A stretch of DNA of 64,000 nucleotides, from contig CAVQKE010000001.1 in NCBI GenBank assembly GCA_963713045.1, forward strand, positions 448,001 to 512,000, written 5' to 3'. The notes under the pieces are model-generated. The model saw only the letters and a list, made by a program, of their open reading frames with translations. It did no database searches and was not told the DNA's origin. Positions 46,066 through 56,200 of the stretch are shown here, one piece after another. This stretch comes from an uncultured delta proteobacterium (GTDB lineage Bacteria > Myxococcota > Myxococcia > Myxococcales > Myxococcaceae). The position numbers were made by a program, and so were the translations under genes. Position 1 is the stretch's first letter. Each line of letters opens with the position of its first letter.

Positions 46066-47841
46066 ATGCGCGGCCTCCGTCTCAGCGTGCCGGTGCTGGC
46101 CGGCCTTTTCTGGCTGCTGCCCGATGCCGGTTGGGCTGACCGCCTGTACCAGAAAGGCGTGGTGGCAGCGGCCTACCCAGACGCCAGCCGCGCAGCACTG
46201 GAGATGCTGGACTTGGGCGGCAACGCCGTCGACGCGGCGGTGGCCGCGGCCTTCGCCGCCGGCGTGGTGGGGCCCTACCACAATGGCCTGGGTGGGGGCG
46301 GCTTTGCCCTCGTCTACCAGGTGGCCGGACGCACCACGCTGGCCCTCGACTTCCGCGAGGTGGCCCCCGGCGGAGCGAGCCGGGACATGTACCTGCGCGA
46401 GGGGAAGGTGGTGTCCCAGCTGGCGACCGACGGCGCCCTCGCGGTCGCGGTCCCCAGCGCAGCCCAAGGCTACCTGGCGCTTTTGAAGCGGGCCGGTACC
46501 CTGAAGCCCTCGGTGGTGCTGGCCCCCGCCATCCGCCTGGCCAGGGCGGGCTTCCTGGTGACGCCCAAGTACCAGGCCATGGCGGGCCCTCGGGCCAACT
46601 GCCTGGCGCGCGACAGCCAGGCGGCGCGCATTTTTCTGCGCCCCGGTGCCGATGGAACTCCCCAAGTGCCCGCGCTGGGGACGCGCCTGCGGCAGCCAGA
46701 GCTTGCACAAACGCTGGAGCGGCTGGCACGGGAAGGCCCCACGGCCATGACGCAGGGAAGCGTGGCGCGGGCCATCGCCGCGACGGTGCAGGACGCCGGC
46801 GGCGTCCTCACCGCCAAGGACTTGGCCGACTACCGCGTGCGCTGGCGCGAGCCGCTGTGGGGCAGCTACCGCGGCCATGCGCTGGCGGTCTTTCCCCCGC
46901 CCACGGCCGGCGGGGTCGCCGTCCTTCAAGTCTTGGGGATGCTGGAACAGCTGCGGCCCCTCGGCTGGGAGCGCCGCGGGGTGGAGGACTTGCACCTGTA
47001 CATTGAGGCGGCGCGTCGCGCCTATGTGGACCGCGCCCGGTGGCTTGGAGACCCAGACTTCTCCGAAATTCCTCTTGGGCGGCTGCTGTCGAGTCGCTAC
47101 CTGGCCACGCTGGCGCGCTCCATCGACCTGAAGCGGGCCACGCCATCCGCCTCGCTGTCGCTGGCCGCAGCAGGCGCGGACGCCGGAGCCGCCCCAGCGG
47201 TGGAGCGCAGTCCGAAAAACACCACCCACATTTCAGTCCTCGACCGCTGGGGGAACGCGGTGTCTCTCACCACCACCCTGAACGGCGCCTTCGGCAGCTG
47301 CCTGGTGGCGCGCGGCACGGGCATTCTCCTCAACAACCAGATGGATGACTTCGCCGCGCAGCCGATGCGTCCCAACAGTTACGGCGTCGTCACCGGCGAG
47401 GCCAACGCCATTGCGCCTGGCAAGACGCCCCTCTCCTCCATGTCCCCCACCCTGGTCTTCCAGAAGGCCCACCCGGAGCGGGTGCTGTTGGCGGTGGGCA
47501 GCCCCGGGGGTTCCACCATCCCCACCACCGTGCTGCAGGTGCTCCTCAACGTGCTGGACGCGAAGATGGACTTGGTGCGGGCCGTGGGCGCGGGCCGCAT
47601 CCATGAGCAATGGCTTCCGGACGAAGTGGTGGTGGACCAGCAGTCGATTGAGCCGGCGACTCGGGCCGCGCTGGAGGCGATGGGGCACCACTTTCGCGCG
47701 GTGGAAGCGCTGGGGGACGCCGAGGCGGTGATGGAGGACGAGACGACGGGGCTGAGGACGGCGGCTTCTGACCCGCGCAACGAGGGGGCGGCCCTCGGCC
47801 AAGAGGAGGCTGCGCCGCCCGTCCAGCGAGTGGCCCCCTAA
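46066..47841 (+). CDS. ggt: Gamma-glutamyltransferase
   Basis: GGNAVDAA, GLGGGGF, DFRE, TTHIS autocleavage site, LNNQMDDF, PLSSMSP, GSPGG, SDPR. Confidence 0.95.
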   Translation: MRGLRLSVPVLAGLFWLLPDAGWADRLYQKGVVAAAYPDASRAALEMLDLGGNAVDAAVAAAFAAGVVGPYHNGLGGGGFALVYQVAGRTTLALDFREVAPGGASRDMYLREGKVVSQLATDGALAVAVPSAAQGYLALLKRAGTLKPSVVLAPAIRLARAGFLVTPKYQAMAGPRANCLARDSQAARIFLRPGADGTPQVPALGTRLRQPELAQTLERLAREGPTAMTQGSVARAIAATVQDAGGVLTAKDLADYRVRWREPLWGSYRGHALAVFPPPTAGGVAVLQVLGMLEQLRPLGWERRGVEDLHLYIEAARRAYVDRARWLGDPDFSEIPLGRLLSSRYLATLARSIDLKRATPSASLSLAAAGADAGAAPAVERSPKNTTHISVLDRWGNAVSLTTTLNGAFGSCLVARGTGILLNNQMDDFAAQPMRPNSYGVVTGEANAIAPGKTPLSSMSPTLVFQKAHPERVLLAVGSPGGSTIPTTVLQVLLNVLDAKMDLVRAVGAGRIHEQWLPDEVVVDQQSIEPATRAALEAMGHHFRAVEALGDAEAVMEDETTGLRTAASDPRNEGAALGQEEAAPPVQRVAP

Positions 47842-48395
47842 CCCTCCGGGGCCTTCTTCTTGGTGTAGACGCCCTCGAAGAGGAGGCTCCACGTCTTTCC
47901 AGCGTCCTGCGAGATGTCCCAGCGCTGGCGGACCTTGTCGCCCACCAGTTGCCAGCTGATGCGCTGCAGCGCAGTGCGCTGGCGCCCCATGGTTTTTTCC
48001 CCCTGGAGCACCATCCTCCCGTCTTTGTATTCCCCTTCGAGGACCAGCACCTGGCCGGTGTCATCGACGAAGGTTTGATGCCACCTGCGCGCCACCGCGT
48101 CGTAGCTGCTGAGGGAGGTGCCTTTGCTGCCGTCCGCGGCCGCCCAGTGCTCCTGAATCGCGCAGCCGTCGAGCAGCCGCTCCACGCGGTTGGTGCCGGC
48201 CGGCGTTCCCTGGGCGGTGGCCACGTCCCACTCGCCCAGCCAGAAGTCGAATTGACGGTGGCCGGCCGAAGCGCAGCCCGAGGGCTTCAGCCCACCCGCC
48301 GGCGCAGCCTTCGTCTTCGACTGCCCCTCGGCAGCGCCGGCCAGGCCAAGGACGACGCCCAGGAAGATTGTCGCTCGGCAACTGCCCACGCCCAT
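47838..48395 (-). CDS. Exported beta-barrel protein (DUF1579-like)
   Basis: Signal peptide, HRQFDFWLGEWDV, S.D.GKTW..F.G.Y. Confidence 0.7.
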   Translation of the reverse strand: MGVGSCRATIFLGVVLGLAGAAEGQSKTKAAPAGGLKPSGCASAGHRQFDFWLGEWDVATAQGTPAGTNRVERLLDGCAIQEHWAAADGSKGTSLSSYDAVARRWHQTFVDDTGQVLVLEGEYKDGRMVLQGEKTMGRQRTALQRISWQLVGDKVRQRWDISQDAGKTWSLLFEGVYTKKKAPEG

Positions 48396-48430
48396 CGCCT
48401 AGCATATTGGAGACGCCCCTTCCTTCCCCC

Positions 48431-49222
48431 GTGCCCGAAGCGCCTCGTCTCTTCGACAGTCACCTGCACCCGGAGCGCCTCCGGGATGTGGACCTGCAGA
48501 CCTTGCGCTTCTTCGGCGTGCAGCGCGTCCTCGGGGTGCCGCACTTTCTCGAGGAGCCCAGCGTCGACGCGCTGCGTGCGCAATTCGCCGCCTTGGTGGA
48601 GGACCAGCTGCCTCGACTGCAGCGCGCTGAGCTGGACGCCCGGCTGGCACTCGGCGTCCACCCGCGCTCGCTGCCGCGACGCGGGCTGCAGGCGGTGCTC
48701 GACTTGCTGCCGGCGGCCTTCGACCACCGCCGGGTGGTGGCGCTCGGGGAAATCGGCCTTCACCAGGGCGGACCGGCGGAAGAGGAGGCGGTGGTGGAAC
48801 AGCTGCACCTCGCCCGCCGGCTGCGTGTCCCGGTGTTGGTGCACACCCCGGAGCGGGACAAGGAGCGACACACCCGCCGCCTGTTAGCACTGCTGCGGCA
48901 GCACGGCCCGGCGCCGGAGCGCGTGCTGGTGGACCACGTCAGCACGCGCACGCTGCCGCTGGTGCTGGGCTGCGGACACTGGGCCGGTCTCACCGTCCAG
49001 CTGGGCGCCCTCAAGGCAGAACGAGCGGCGGCGCTGGTGGCAGCCAGGGGCAGCGAGCGCCTGGTGCTGAATTCCGACGCTGGAGACCGGACCGGCGACC
49101 TCCTCGCCTTCCCCCGAGCGGTGCACCTGCTGCAGACGGCTGGGCTGTCCGAGCGCGTGGTGCGCCGGGTGGCCTGGGCCAACGCCGACACCTTCCTCGG
49201 CCTAGGCCGCACGCCAGAATGA
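48431..49222 (+). CDS. TatD-related metallohydrolase
   Basis: DSHLH, GVHP, GEIGL, VHTP, VDH, NSD. Confidence 0.85.
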   Translation: MPEAPRLFDSHLHPERLRDVDLQTLRFFGVQRVLGVPHFLEEPSVDALRAQFAALVEDQLPRLQRAELDARLALGVHPRSLPRRGLQAVLDLLPAAFDHRRVVALGEIGLHQGGPAEEEAVVEQLHLARRLRVPVLVHTPERDKERHTRRLLALLRQHGPAPERVLVDHVSTRTLPLVLGCGHWAGLTVQLGALKAERAAALVAARGSERLVLNSDAGDRTGDLLAFPRAVHLLQTAGLSERVVRRVAWANADTFLGLGRTPE

Positions 49223-49263
49223 AGAGGGATGCCGGCCCGGGGTGCCGGCGCTGAAGCCCGCGG

Positions 49264-49518
49264 TCAGTGCAGCGAGGAGCGCTGCTCGAAGCGGACATTG
49301 CCGTCGGCGTCCAGCCGGACGTCCATCTCGAAGCCGCGCAGCCGGTAGGCGTCCAGGGACACTTCCGCCAAAGCCAGGCGCTCCTGGGTGGCCTGGTCGA
49401 GTTCCACCGCAGCCAGCAAGGTGACGGGGCCGCGCACCTCGCCGGCATAGACCGGCAACTGCCGGAAGCGCGCCCAGCGGCCATTGCCGAGTTTCACCAG
49501 CTCGCCTTCCACCGCCAT
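49264..49518 (-). CDS. Small hypothetical protein
   Basis: 84 aa MAVEGELVKLGNGRWARF...; clean ORF with a G-rich RBS. Confidence 0.6.
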   Translation of the reverse strand: MAVEGELVKLGNGRWARFRQLPVYAGEVRGPVTLLAAVELDQATQERLALAEVSLDAYRLRGFEMDVRLDADGNVRFEQRSSLH

Positions 49519-49585
49519 TTGGCTACCCCCACCCGGGCGCGTCACGCACTGCGTGAGAACACAACGTAGTGGCCTGCAGGGGCGC

Positions 49586-49615
49586 TGTCTACACCTTGAC
49601 GTTAACGTACGACAA
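49586..49615 (-). promoter_or_regulatory. Putative promoter with an internal ACGTTAACGT palindrome (MerR/LiuR-like site)
   Basis: Minus strand TTGTCG-N18-TAGACA with TG before the -10; palindrome in the spacer; AT-rich tract upstream. Confidence 0.45.
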
Positions 49616-49729
49616 CCAGATGAAATAATTGAAGTTTAGGGCGCCCATGCGAGGCGGATGCGACTGGCGCGTGGGCTCCCGCTGTGAATCCGTCAACGCA
49701 AGCCGTTCAGGCGGTTGTAAAGGCGCCCT

Positions 49730-50638
49730 TCAGGAGGCTGGGCGCACCTGTGTGCCGACCAAGTCCTCGAAGACGGTGATGACGGCGCCGATGTCTTCCT
49801 CGCCCTTTCCGGCGGCGCGGGCCAATTCGTACACCTCCCGCACCGCTGCGGCGAGCGGGGTGGGCACCCGCAGCGCTGAGGCCGACTCGAGGAAGAGGGT
49901 GAGGTCCTTGTGCATCAACTCAATGGCGAAGTGCAGTGAGAAGTCGCGTCGCAGCAGCGCGCCTCCCTTAAATTCGAAATAGGGGGAGCGGTAGCCCGAG
50001 GCCTGCACCACTTCGAGGAGTTTGGCCGGGTCCACGCCGGCTTTGCTGGCGAGCAGCATGCCCTCGCCGAGGCCCTGCAGCATGGAGGCAATGAGGGCGT
50101 TGCCGGCCAGCTTCACCTGGGCGCCGGCGCCGACTGGGCCGCAGTGGATGGCCTTCTCCCCCACCGCGGCAAAGACCGGCCCGCAGCGCGCGACGGCCTC
50201 GGGCGTTCCGCCCACCATCAACAGCAGCGTCCCCTTCTCGGCCCCATTCTTACTTCCGGTCACCGGCGCCTCGACGAAGTCCAGCCCCAGCGCCTGTGAG
50301 CGCGCCTCGAGAGAGCGCGCCAAGCTGGGCGAAATGGTGGAGAAGTCGATGTACAGCTGCCCCTTCCGCGCGGTGCGGAACAGGCCCTGCGGGCCAGCCA
50401 CCGTCTCTTCGAGGACCGCGGGCGTCGACAGGCAGGTGCACGCGATGTCGACGTCCGCCATGACGTCGGCCGGTGTGGCCACCACCTTGGCGCCGTCCGG
50501 CACCAGCGCCTCGGCCTTGGCGCGCGTCCGGTTCCAAACAGTGACCGGGAAGCCCTTGCGCAACAGGTTGCGCGCCATTCGGCTTCCCATGAGTCCCATT
50601 CCCAGAAAGCCCACCCGCTGCGATGCCGTCGTGCCCAT
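49730..50638 (-). CDS. 3-hydroxyisobutyrate/6-phosphogluconate dehydrogenase-family oxidoreductase
   Basis: GFLGMGLMG, WNRT, DFSTISP, EAPVTG, KLAGN, KDL. Confidence 0.92.
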   Translation of the reverse strand: MGTTASQRVGFLGMGLMGSRMARNLLRKGFPVTVWNRTRAKAEALVPDGAKVVATPADVMADVDIACTCLSTPAVLEETVAGPQGLFRTARKGQLYIDFSTISPSLARSLEARSQALGLDFVEAPVTGSKNGAEKGTLLLMVGGTPEAVARCGPVFAAVGEKAIHCGPVGAGAQVKLAGNALIASMLQGLGEGMLLASKAGVDPAKLLEVVQASGYRSPYFEFKGGALLRRDFSLHFAIELMHKDLTLFLESASALRVPTPLAAAVREVYELARAAGKGEEDIGAVITVFEDLVGTQVRPAS

Positions 50639-50675
50639 GTCGCCTCCTCAGTGCATTTCCCGTATGGTGCCGCCC

Positions 50676-50903
50676 ATGCGGTTGCCACGTCTGTTCCGTG
50701 CCGGCAAGGACATAGCCCCGGTGGGCCCGGACGCGCAGGACCAGTTGGAGCGCCTGTTGGCCGAGGGCTTCCGAGCGCTGGCGACCGTCTGTGCCCGAGC
50801 CGCCGAACTGCTGGAGGCGCAGCGCCTGGCCCGAACCGGCTATGGCGCCCAGGGGAGGTTTCTGGAGCGGCTGGACTCGCCGCCGTCGTCCCGGCGCCCG
50901 TGA
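50676..50903 (+). CDS. Small hypothetical protein
   Basis: 75-aa helical ORF filling the gap between neighbouring genes. Confidence 0.5.
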   Translation: MRLPRLFRAGKDIAPVGPDAQDQLERLLAEGFRALATVCARAAELLEAQRLARTGYGAQGRFLERLDSPPSSRRP

Positions 50904-50937
50904 GGCCCTAGCCCGGCCCTAAGCCCGGCCCTAGCCC
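50904..50937. repeat. Short tandem repeat (GGCCCTA[A]GCCC)x3 between convergent genes
   Basis: ggccctagccc ggccctaagccc ggccctagccc; the last copy contains the stop codon of the hydrolase gene. Confidence 0.7.
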
Positions 50938-51755
50938 TTGAAGGTTTGGGCGAGAAACTTCTCGGCCAGCGCGTTGGCCTCGCCGGCCGCCGCCGGGTTG
51001 TAGCGCCCCCCGGTGGGGTTGGCGAAGGCGTGGTTCGCATCGAAGGAGTGGAAGGCGTGCTTCACGCCGGCCTCGGTGAGGGCACGGTCGAAGGCCGCCA
51101 CCTTCTCCGGCGTAATCCACCCGTCCTGTTTCGCCCAGATGCCAAGCACCGGCCCACGCAGCGTCTTCAACTGGGCGACATCCATCACCGGCATGCCGTA
51201 GTAGATGATGGTGGCCGCGATGTCCTGCGGGCTGCCCAGCGAGGCGAGCAGGCTCTGGCCGCCGCCGGCGCACCAGCCGAGCGTTGCAATTTTCCTTCCG
51301 TGGCCGTTTTCTTTCAGCCAGGCCACGCCAGCCTTTTCCACCGCTGCGGCGTGCGCCGGGTCAAGCGCCTGCATCAGTTTTCCGGCCTCCTCCGGCGTCG
51401 TGGCCACCTTGCCCTGGTAGAGGTCCACCGCAAGCACGAGGTAGCCCAAGCCGGCAAGCCTATCGGCCTGCCCTTTCACATAGTCATTCAGTCCCCACCA
51501 CTCGTGCAGCACCAGGATGGCGCCGCTCGGCGCCGCCTTCGGACGCGCCACGTAGCCGATGGCCTGCTTCCCCCCGGGCAGCCCCAGCAGGACGGTTTTC
51601 CCAGTGGGCTGCGGCGCTGCGGGGTCCACCGGGTGGCTTTGGTGGGCGGGAATTCCGGCATCCGCGTCCGAACCCTGCACGTGGGTTGGGGCAAGCCCGG
51701 GAAGGCTCCAGCCGAGGATGAGGGCGCCGGCCCAAAGCAGCATTCGTCGCGTCAT
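50931..51755 (-). CDS. Dienelactone hydrolase-family protein (exported)
   Basis: HEWWGLN, GWCAGG nucleophile, YYG, D and HAFANP. Confidence 0.92.
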   Translation of the reverse strand: MTRRMLLWAGALILGWSLPGLAPTHVQGSDADAGIPAHQSHPVDPAAPQPTGKTVLLGLPGGKQAIGYVARPKAAPSGAILVLHEWWGLNDYVKGQADRLAGLGYLVLAVDLYQGKVATTPEEAGKLMQALDPAHAAAVEKAGVAWLKENGHGRKIATLGWCAGGGQSLLASLGSPQDIAATIIYYGMPVMDVAQLKTLRGPVLGIWAKQDGWITPEKVAAFDRALTEAGVKHAFHSFDANHAFANPTGGRYNPAAAGEANALAEKFLAQTFKG

Positions 51756-51801
51756 CGGTCCTCCAAAAGGAGAAGGCCTGTCTCGCCGGCCCAAAGCGGC
51801 G

Positions 51802-52197
51802 CTACCCCTGGTGGCGCCGGCCACCGCCCTGCGCCGCGGGCGGCTCGGTGACTTCCGGCTCCAGCGCCATGTTGGCCGGCTCGACGGGAAGGTTGGGCCC
51901 GCTGCTCCAGGCCTGCACCGCGTTGCTGGTCCGCGGAGTCTCCGCGTTACCCGGCAACCCGGGCACCAAGGGGGGTGGCCGCACCGCGGTGGAGGTACTT
52001 CGGTCCGCCAGCGGGTCGACCCCCTTGAGGTCCGCCGACTCCGGGTAGACACCGTAGGCGGTGCTCACCCCGCCCGGGCCGAGCCCTCCGGCCACGCCGA
52101 GGCTGGAGGTGTCCGGGGTGTCGCTGAGCGGTCCATGCTGGGTGGAACAACCCGCCCCAAGGATGAGGGCAGAACACAGGGCTAGAAGGGCGCGCAT
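51802..52197 (-). CDS. Hypothetical lipoprotein
   Basis: Lipobox LGAGC; AGGT RBS; low-complexity body. Confidence 0.55.
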   Translation of the reverse strand: MRALLALCSALILGAGCSTQHGPLSDTPDTSSLGVAGGLGPGGVSTAYGVYPESADLKGVDPLADRSTSTAVRPPPLVPGLPGNAETPRTSNAVQAWSSGPNLPVEPANMALEPEVTEPPAAQGGGRRHQG

Positions 52198-52322
52198 GCC
52201 GGTGCCGGCTTACCTCAAGCCCAAGCCCGGATGAAGCGGAAAGCCGGAGGGCCTCGCCGTTGGGGGCCGCCAGCAGCCCGGGGCTTTTCCGACCGGCCGG
52301 ACAATGGCTTCTTTCGGCCCCG

Positions 52323-53222
52323 ATGCGCGTCTTCCACTGCGACAGCTACCTGGTCCCCTTGCCAGAGGGTCACCGCTTTCCAATGACAAAGTACCGGCTG
52401 CTTCGGGAGGGGCTTTTGGACGCTGGCCTGTTGGCGGCTGGGGAGCTGGTGCCGGCCAAGCTGGCGCCGCTGCAGGCGCTCCGCCTGGTGCACACCGAGC
52501 GCTACCTCCGTGCCCTGCTGGAAGGGCGACTCAGCCAGCCCGAGGTGCGCCGTCTCGGCTTCCCGTGGAGTCAGGCCCTGGTGCAGCGCTCGCGGGCGTC
52601 GGTGGGCGGCACCTGCGCCGCTGCGCGCGTGGCCCTCGAGGAGGGCTTCGCCGCCAACCTGGCCGGAGGAACGCACCACGCCTTCGCCGACCACGGGGAA
52701 GGCTTCTGCGTCTTCAACGACATTGCCATCAGCATCCGAGAGCAACAGGCCGCGGGCCGCATTTCCCGCGCCGCGGTGGTGGACCTGGACGTGCACCAAG
52801 GCAACGGGACGGCTTCGGTATTTGCCTCGGACCCGTCCGTCTTCACCTTCAGCATGCACGGCCAGCACAACTTCCCCTTCCGCAAGCAGCCCTCGTCCCT
52901 GGACGTGGGGCTGCCCGACGGCACCGGCGATGGCGTCTACCTGGACACCCTGTACCGCCATTTGCCCCGCGTCCTCGACGCCGCCCGGCCCGAACTCATC
53001 TACTACCAGGCAGGCGTGGACCCACTGGCCGAGGACACCCTCGGAAGGCTGGCGCTGAGCGCAGAGGGTCTCGAGGCCCGCGACCGTTTCGTCTTCCAGT
53101 GCGCGCAGCGGCGGGGCGTCCCGCTGGTGGTGACGCTTGGAGGCGGCTACGCCCAGCCGCTGTCCTGCAGCCTCACCGCCCATCTGGGCACCTACCGCGC
53201 CGCGCGCGAGGTGTACGGCTGA
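52323..53222 (+). CDS. Histone deacetylase-family protein (HDAC11/AcuC-like)
   Basis: HRFPM.KY, GGTHHA, GFCVFND, DLDVHQGNG, DPL..D.LG, GGGY. Confidence 0.93.
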   Translation: MRVFHCDSYLVPLPEGHRFPMTKYRLLREGLLDAGLLAAGELVPAKLAPLQALRLVHTERYLRALLEGRLSQPEVRRLGFPWSQALVQRSRASVGGTCAAARVALEEGFAANLAGGTHHAFADHGEGFCVFNDIAISIREQQAAGRISRAAVVDLDVHQGNGTASVFASDPSVFTFSMHGQHNFPFRKQPSSLDVGLPDGTGDGVYLDTLYRHLPRVLDAARPELIYYQAGVDPLAEDTLGRLALSAEGLEARDRFVFQCAQRRGVPLVVTLGGGYAQPLSCSLTAHLGTYRAAREVYG

Positions 53223-53266
53223 CGCACCCGTCCCCCGGGGGGGGATGAAGGCTAGACAGGCCCCCT

Positions 53267-56200
53267 TTGCCTGGTGCACGGTGTGTCGCCTTCCCCCACG
53301 CCCCAGAGGTGTCTTCTCTGCTCGCCCGCGAACAGCTGGCCCAACTTTTTGATGCCAGCCCCGAGCCCCTCTGCGCCCTCAGCGCAGTCCGGACGGACAG
53401 AGGCATCGAGGACTTTCGCTTCCAGTACGTCAACCCCGCCGCCCTGCGCATGCTTCGCCGGACGGCGGCGGCCGAGTTGGAAGGCCGGCGGCTGCTGGAG
53501 GACGGGCCCACCCAAGGGCCGAATGCCCTCTTCCAGCGTTTGGTGCGGGTGGTCGAGACGGGGGAGGCAGACGGCAACTGCTCCTTCTTTGCAGCCGAGG
53601 GGGCATCCGCCGGGGCCAAAAGCCTCGCCGTGCGCTGCGGCGACGGGCTGACGTTGGCCTTTCGAGGAGAAACGGACGCCGCCGCCGCGGTGCAGCCCGT
53701 CTCGGGACAGCCGCTGCCGCCTGTCCCCGCGCCTGGCCGCGCGCTGCTGGAGGCCGTCCTGCACCACCTGCCGGCCCGGGTCGTCCTTCTCCGCCTGCCG
53801 GACTTCATCATCGAATACGTCAACGAGGCCTTTCTCGCCGGCAGCGCCGGCGGGACGCTTCTCGGCCGCCGGGCCGAAGACGTCTTCCCGCAGCTGCTTC
53901 ACCATCCGCTGGCAGTGGGGGTGCGCCGGGCTGTCGCCACCGGCAGGCCGTACGTCGAGGCCGAGCTGCCGGTGAGAATGGACGTTGGCGGAGGCGTCGA
54001 GGAGCGCATCTTCAGCGTGGTGTACCAGCCACTGGCCGATGCCCGAGGCCACCCGGTGGCGCTGCTCGGCTTTCACTTCGACGTCACCCACCAAGCCGAG
54101 GCACGCGCTTGCACCGAAGCCTTGCTTCAGGAGAAGGAACGGCTGGCGGCGCAAGTCGAGCAAGAACGGCGGTGGCAGCAGGCGGTGCTGACCGACGTCT
54201 CCCAAGGCCTGGCGGTGGTGACCACCGACGGCGCTGTGCTTTTTTGTAATCCGCGCCTGCAGGAGCTGCTGGGCCGAACGGCCGACAGCCCACCGCGCCT
54301 GGTGGGGGAGCTGTTTCCCTTCTTCGGGCTTGACGGCGAAGGGACCGAGGAATGTGAACGGCCCTTCCACCGCGCCATCAGCACCGGCCTTCCGGTGCGC
54401 AATGTCCCGGTCCTCTACCGCCACCCGGCGCGGGGGGACATCACCTTGGACGTCAGCGTCGCGCCCATTCTCGAGGCGGGGCGGGTGGCGTCGGCCATCG
54501 TCACGGTGGATGACGTCACCGACAGACACCGCTGGGAGCGCGAGCGCGCCTCGGCCCTCGGCGCCGAGCGCGAGGCGCGGCTTCGGGCGGAGGCGCTGGC
54601 CCGGGACCTGGCCCGCAGCGAAGGGCGCTTTCGGTCGCTCGCGGAAACTTCGAGCCAAGCCATCTGGATGACCGACTGGAGGGGCTTCGTCCTCAGCCCA
54701 GCCGCCGGCTGGTCTGCGCTCACCGGGCAGTCGCATGAAGAGACGCTGGGCCTCGGATGGCTGAACGCGGTTCACCCGGCCGACGTGAAGGGCATGCAGC
54801 GCATGCTGAGGGACGGGCTCAAGACGGGCCAGCCGCAAAACGGCTACTGCCGGGTGCGGCGCGCCGACGGGGAGTGGGCGGAGTGTGTGTCGCGGGGCGT
54901 CCCGCTGTTTGACGAGCCGGGAAAAGTCCGCGAGTGGGTGGGCACCCTGCGCGACGTCAGCGTCGAGCGCCGAGAGGAGGCCGCGCTTCGGCTGCTGTCC
55001 AGCACCGGGGCCGAGCTGTCCAACACCCTCGACGTGGCCGAGACACTGGGGGCGGTAACCCGACTGACGGTGCCGGCGCTGGCGGACTTCTGCATCGTCG
55101 ACGTCTTGAGCGAGGAGGGGCTGCGCGAGCGGGTGGCGGTGGGGCACGCCCGTTCCGAAGACGCCGGCGTCGCCGAGGCACTCCGGCGGGCGGGCCCGGC
55201 CGCGGGCGGTCCTTTGGCCGAGGCGCTTCTGCGGCTTGAGCCGGTCCTCCTCCCCGTCATCGACAAGGACGCGCTGCTCGATGCGACGGCCCGGGACGCG
55301 AGCCACCGGGCGGTGCTGGTGGGCATCTGCGGGCGGTCGCTGTTGGCAGTGCCGCTTCTGGCCCGCGGCCGGCCACTGGGCGTCATCGGCTTCGTCTACG
55401 CCCACAGCGAGCGCCGCTACGGGCCGCTGGACGTCGCGCTGGCCAAGGAAGTGTGTCGCCGGGCGGCGCTGGCCATCGACAACGCGCGGCTGTACCAGCG
55501 GGCCGAGGACGCCAGCCGCGCCAAGGACGCGTTTCTGGCCACCGTCTCCCACGAGTTGCGCACGCCGCTGTCGGCCATTCTCGGCTGGACGCGGCTTTTG
55601 CGCGGGGGGGGTCTGTCGGCGGAGAAGCAGGCCCGGGCGCTGGAGACGCTTGAGCGCAACGCGCGGGTCCAGGCCCGGCTGGTGGAGGACTTGCTCGACG
55701 TCAGTCGGATTGTCGCCGGCGCAACCCGTCTCGAGGCCGCGCCGGTGGAGGTGGCCCGGGTGGTGGACGCGGCCCTCGAGGCACTCCGGCCCGCGGCAGA
55801 GGCGAAGGCGTTGGGCCTGGCGGTCACCTTGGACCGTACCCTGGTGGTGTCGGGCGACGCAGACCGACTTCAGCAAGTCACCTTTAACCTGGTCAGCAAC
55901 GCCATCAAATTCACCCCGCCCAAGGGCCACATCTCGGTGCGCCTTCAGCCGTCCGGCGAGCAGGCTGAGTTGTCGGTGTCCGACAGCGGACAAGGCATCA
56001 CCCAGGACTTTCTTCCCCACGTCTTTGAACGCTTCCGCCAGGCCGACTCCACCGCGACGCGCTCCACCGGCGGGTTGGGGCTGGGCTTGGCCATCGTCCG
56101 ACACCTGGTGGAGTTGCACGGCGGAACTGTCACCGCCTCCAGTCGCGGGCCGGACCAGGGCTCGACGTTTACCGTCCGGCTGGCCCTGCGCCCCCTCGAC

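Noticed and set aside
49573..49736. Possible 6S-like or other ncRNA closed by CCTGCAGGGGCGC / GGCGCCCTTCAGG
   Set aside because: Imperfect short complementarity, one arm overlaps a stop codon, and the usual ssrS context is absent; would need an Rfam/Infernal search.
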